64,000 nt of DNA from Pelagomonas calceolata. Its lineage: Eukaryota. A program made the position numbers and the translations under genes. The first letter of the stretch is position 1. Each line of letters begins with the position of its first letter. The notes beneath the pieces are model-generated. The model was not told the origin of the DNA and made no database searches. It saw nothing but the letters and a program-made list of their open reading frames with translations. Shown piece by piece: positions 61,228-64,000 of the stretch. Location of the stretch: contig CAKKNE010000006.1 of assembly GCA_918797485.1 (NCBI GenBank), forward strand, positions 186,001 to 250,000, read 5' to 3'.

Positions 61228-64000
61228 TCACTTGGCATACCGACGTAGGACCCCTGAGACAGCCTGGTTGCTTTTTGCGATGGCCGCCGGCGTCAAGCCC
61301 TTTCCATTCTTTTTGTCCGGTTTGGCGCCTTTTTCCAACAACAGGCGGGCCACCTCGGCATGACCGAGCTCGCACGCTACGTGCAGTGGTGTTGTCTTCT
61401 CCTTGTCCACTCGGTCGACCTTGGCGCCTTTGCCTAGCAACAGCCGCACCGCGTCGATCTGGCCGTTTTGGCACGCTGCGTGCAGTGCCGTCTTGCCGTC
61501 CCTTGCCGCCCGATTCACCTTGGCGCCGCGTTTTAGCAATAAATTGATCGTGTCGGTGTCTCCCGCCATAGATGCGACGCGCAGAGCAGTTCGGGAATCG
61601 CAAAGCCTGACGTCGCCCTCCAGGAGCCTCTTGATTTCGTCGAGGTTGCCCGCCTTGGCTGCAACGTGTAGCGGTTTATCCAAATGCCCCTCGAGCAGAT
61701 CGATGATGGCCGAATCGTCCTTTTTCTCTGCGAAGGCCAGCGAACAGCTTACGTCAGTCACGTTGTCCAAGAGAAGCTGCACCACCTCGGTGCCCTCCTC
61801 TAAGGCGACGTACAGTGGCGTCGCGCCGTCCTTCGTCGCCCGGTCGACCTCCGCGCCTTTCTCCAGCAGCAGCCGCGCCGCGTCGACACGGCCGTTCTCA
61901 CAGGCGATGTACAGCGGCGTCTCACCGTCCTTGTCCGCCCGGTCGACCTCGGCTCCTTTATCTAACAACAGCCGCGCTGCGTCGACACGGCCGTTCTCAC
62001 AGGCGACGTACAGCGGCGTCTGGCCGTCCTTGTCCGCCCGGTCGACCTTCGCGCCGTTATCTAGCAGCAGCCGCGCCGCGTCGACGTGGCCGTACCTGCA
62101 GGCGACGTACAGCGGCGTCTGGCCGTCCTTGTCCGCCCGGTCGACCTTCGCGCCGTTATCTAGCAGCAGCCGCGCCGCGTCGACGTGGCCGTTCTCGCAG
62201 GCGGCGTACAGCGGCGTCGCGCCGTCCTTCGTCGCCCGATCGACCTCCGCGCCTTTGTCCAGCAGCAGCCGCGCCGCGTCGACGAGGCCGTTCGCACAGG
62301 CGGTCCATAGCGGCGTAACACCATTCTCCGTCGCCCGATCGACCTCCGCGCCTTTGTCCAGCAACAGCCGCGCCGCGTCGACGTGGCCCTCAGCGCAGGC
62401 GACAAACAGCGGCGTCTGACCGTACTTGTCCGCCCGATTGACGTCCGCGCCTTTATCTAACAACAGCCGCGCCGCGTCGACGTGGCCGTTGTCGCAGGCG
62501 ACGAGCAGCGGCGTCAATCTGTCCTCATCCGCCCGGTCGACCTTCGCGCCGTTATCTAGCAAAAGCCGCGCCGCGTCGACATGGCCGTTCTGGCAGGCGG
62601 CATACAGTGGCGTCCGGCCGTCCTTCGTCGCCCGGCCGACCTTCGCGCCGTTGTCCAGCAGCAGCCGCGCTGCGTCGACGTGGCCCTTCTCGCAGGCGGC
62701 GTACAGCGGCGTCCTGCCTTTCTGCCATCCCTCTGACACCGCCCGATCGACCGCTGCGCCGTTGTCCAGCAATAGCCGCGCCGCGTCGACGTGGCCGTTC
62801 TTGCAGGCGTTGTACAGCGGCGTCCATCCGTCCTTGTCCGCCCGGTCGACCTCCGCGCCTTTGGCAGCGCGCCGCACCTCTTCCTCGCGCTGCCGCCGTG
62901 CCTCCTCCTCCTCTTCCTCGCGAGCGGCTTTCGTCGCGGCGGCGCGGCGCGCGTCCTCATCATCATTTTCGATCCGAGACCCGTCGTCGAGCGCTTCGAG
63001 AAGCCCTGCGTTGCCGCCGAGGGCCCTCGTCAAATTGTAAATCCGGTGCGCCGAGCCCTTCACCTCGAGGAGCCGCGCGAGCGACAGTTGCAGCTCGCCC
63101 ACGAAGCCGGCGATCTCCACGTTCACGAGCACGTCGCGATAGCCCGAGTTCTCGACCGGCCTATTGATGCGATCCTTGGCGCGGCGGATCAAGAGATCGC
63201 CGCTCCTACCGAGCGCAAGAAGCTGAGCGAGGGCTTGCCCGCAGCTCACGAGGTCGTCGAACACGCCCGTCGCCCGCACCACGTCCACGACCCGTGCCAC
63301 GTCGTCGTCATAGTCGTCGTTCGCCTTGGCGCGAATCCGATCCTCTAGTTTCAGGGGCCCTTTCTTGTACGTGCCGCCGGCCTCCTCGACGATCGGCCGC
63401 AGCGTCGCGTGGAAGGCGTCGCTCGCATCTCCCGCGCGTGCGAGCAGCTCCTCCGCACTAGCAATGGCCACGGGCTGCCTCACGATCCCGTCAGGGGGCG
63501 CGAACGTCTCTTCGAGCTCGGCGCTCGCCATCTTGAGTTCGTCGATCGCCTCGCGTTCGGCACCGCGGACGCAGTCGTCCCAAGCCCTCGCATACGCGTC
63601 GGAGTCCTTCCGCTGTTCTTCGGCGAGGAGCTTGTGGACCTTGGCGAGCTCGGCCTCCGCCCGCGCCGCCCTGTCGAGTGCTCTGTCGTCGCGGGGCGCC
63701 GTGGATGGCGCGGCGACGGCTGCCTTCAGCAGCCAGTGGTCGAGGTGCGCCTCGACATTTTCGCTGCTGTTGAACTGCGGCCGAGGGGCCGGGTCGACGG
63801 TCAAGCAGCGGCTCGCCAGATCCAGGAGCTCCGGCGCGGCGACGCTGGCCGCGTCGGGGAGGGGCGGCGGCGGCGGCGGCACGCCGCTTGCGGCTCGGGC
63901 GACCAGCTCTTTGGGCGCGAGCTCGTCCCAGGGGGCCTTCCCAGAGAGGAGCTCAAGGAGCACGCTTCCGTAGGACCACGCATCACATTTTGTGGGCTGG
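61228..64000 (-). CDS. Protein kinase (C-lobe; 5' end outside window) + RelA/SpoT-like nucleotidyltransferase + ~15 ankyrin repeats
   Basis: KCDAWSYGSVLLELLSGKAPW..CL..DP..RP.F; GPLK..RI..K..DDY..DVVRAT..KDR..SGYRDVLVN..GELQL; TPLY.AC..GHVDAARLLL repeats. Confidence 0.85.
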   Translation of the reverse strand, partial: QPTKCDAWSYGSVLLELLSGKAPWDELAPKELVARAASGVPPPPPPLPDAASVAAPELLDLASRCLTVDPAPRPQFNSSENVEAHLDHWLLKAAVAAPSTAPRDDRALDRAARAEAELAKVHKLLAEEQRKDSDAYARAWDDCVRGAEREAIDELKMASAELEETFAPPDGIVRQPVAIASAEELLARAGDASDAFHATLRPIVEEAGGTYKKGPLKLEDRIRAKANDDYDDDVARVVDVVRATGVFDDLVSCGQALAQLLALGRSGDLLIRRAKDRINRPVENSGYRDVLVNVEIAGFVGELQLSLARLLEVKGSAHRIYNLTRALGGNAGLLEALDDGSRIENDDEDARRAAATKAAREEEEEEARRQREEEVRRAAKGAEVDRADKDGWTPLYNACKNGHVDAARLLLDNGAAVDRAVSEGWQKGRTPLYAACEKGHVDAARLLLDNGAKVGRATKDGRTPLYAACQNGHVDAARLLLDNGAKVDRADEDRLTPLLVACDNGHVDAARLLLDKGADVNRADKYGQTPLFVACAEGHVDAARLLLDKGAEVDRATENGVTPLWTACANGLVDAARLLLDKGAEVDRATKDGATPLYAACENGHVDAARLLLDNGAKVDRADKDGQTPLYVACRYGHVDAARLLLDNGAKVDRADKDGQTPLYVACENGRVDAARLLLDKGAEVDRADKDGETPLYIACENGRVDAARLLLEKGAEVDRATKDGATPLYVALEEGTEVVQLLLDNVTDVSCSLAFAEKKDDSAIIDLLEGHLDKPLHVAAKAGNLDEIKRLLEGDVRLCDSRTALRVASMAGDTDTINLLLKRGAKVNRAARDGKTALHAACQNGQIDAVRLLLGKGAKVDRVDKEKTTPLHVACELGHAEVARLLLEKGAKPDKKNGKGLTPAAIAKSNQAVSGVLRRYAK
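61790..62865 (-). repeat. ~99-bp coding tandem repeat (about 11 near-identical ankyrin units)
   Basis: cagccgcgccgcgtcgacgtggccg recurs at ~99-bp spacing. Confidence 0.9.

Noticed and set aside
1..64000. tRNA or rRNA genes
   Set aside because: None recognised by eye; a covariance-model scan would be needed to exclude them

Overview
GC-rich, gene-dense eukaryotic nuclear DNA, almost certainly a photosynthetic stramenopile with a complex plastid. A pelagophyte (Pelagomonas/Aureococcus-like) is inferred from bipartite ASAFAP-type presequences, a signal-bearing Derlin, and CTGTGTGGAAATCAA...TTGATTTCCACACAG introner elements. The window opens with a 152-bp satellite array (~12 copies), followed by about 30 compact genes. 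These include a La-NOB1 fusion, Spc24, an Nta1-like amidase, Ataxin-2/Pbp1, BolA, a Nudix protein, a large ABCA transporter with a Cys-rich ectodomain, RRN3, Ank-TPR-DnaJ, TSR3, a PsbP-like protein, TBCCD1, PhyH, LCM-GNAT, an EF-hand protein, an FAD oxidoreductase with a truncated paralog, and a kinase-RelA/SpoT-like-ankyrin protein cut by the window end. The dominant hidden structure is a family of at least 11 TIR-bounded, 8-bp-TSD non-autonomous DNA transposons that act as spliceosomal introns (introners), plus several decayed copies. Removing each from the GT/GC at the start of the upstream TSD to the TIR's terminal AG restores the reading frame in the genes I could reconstruct end to end. 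All product names come from motif recognition by eye, not database searches.
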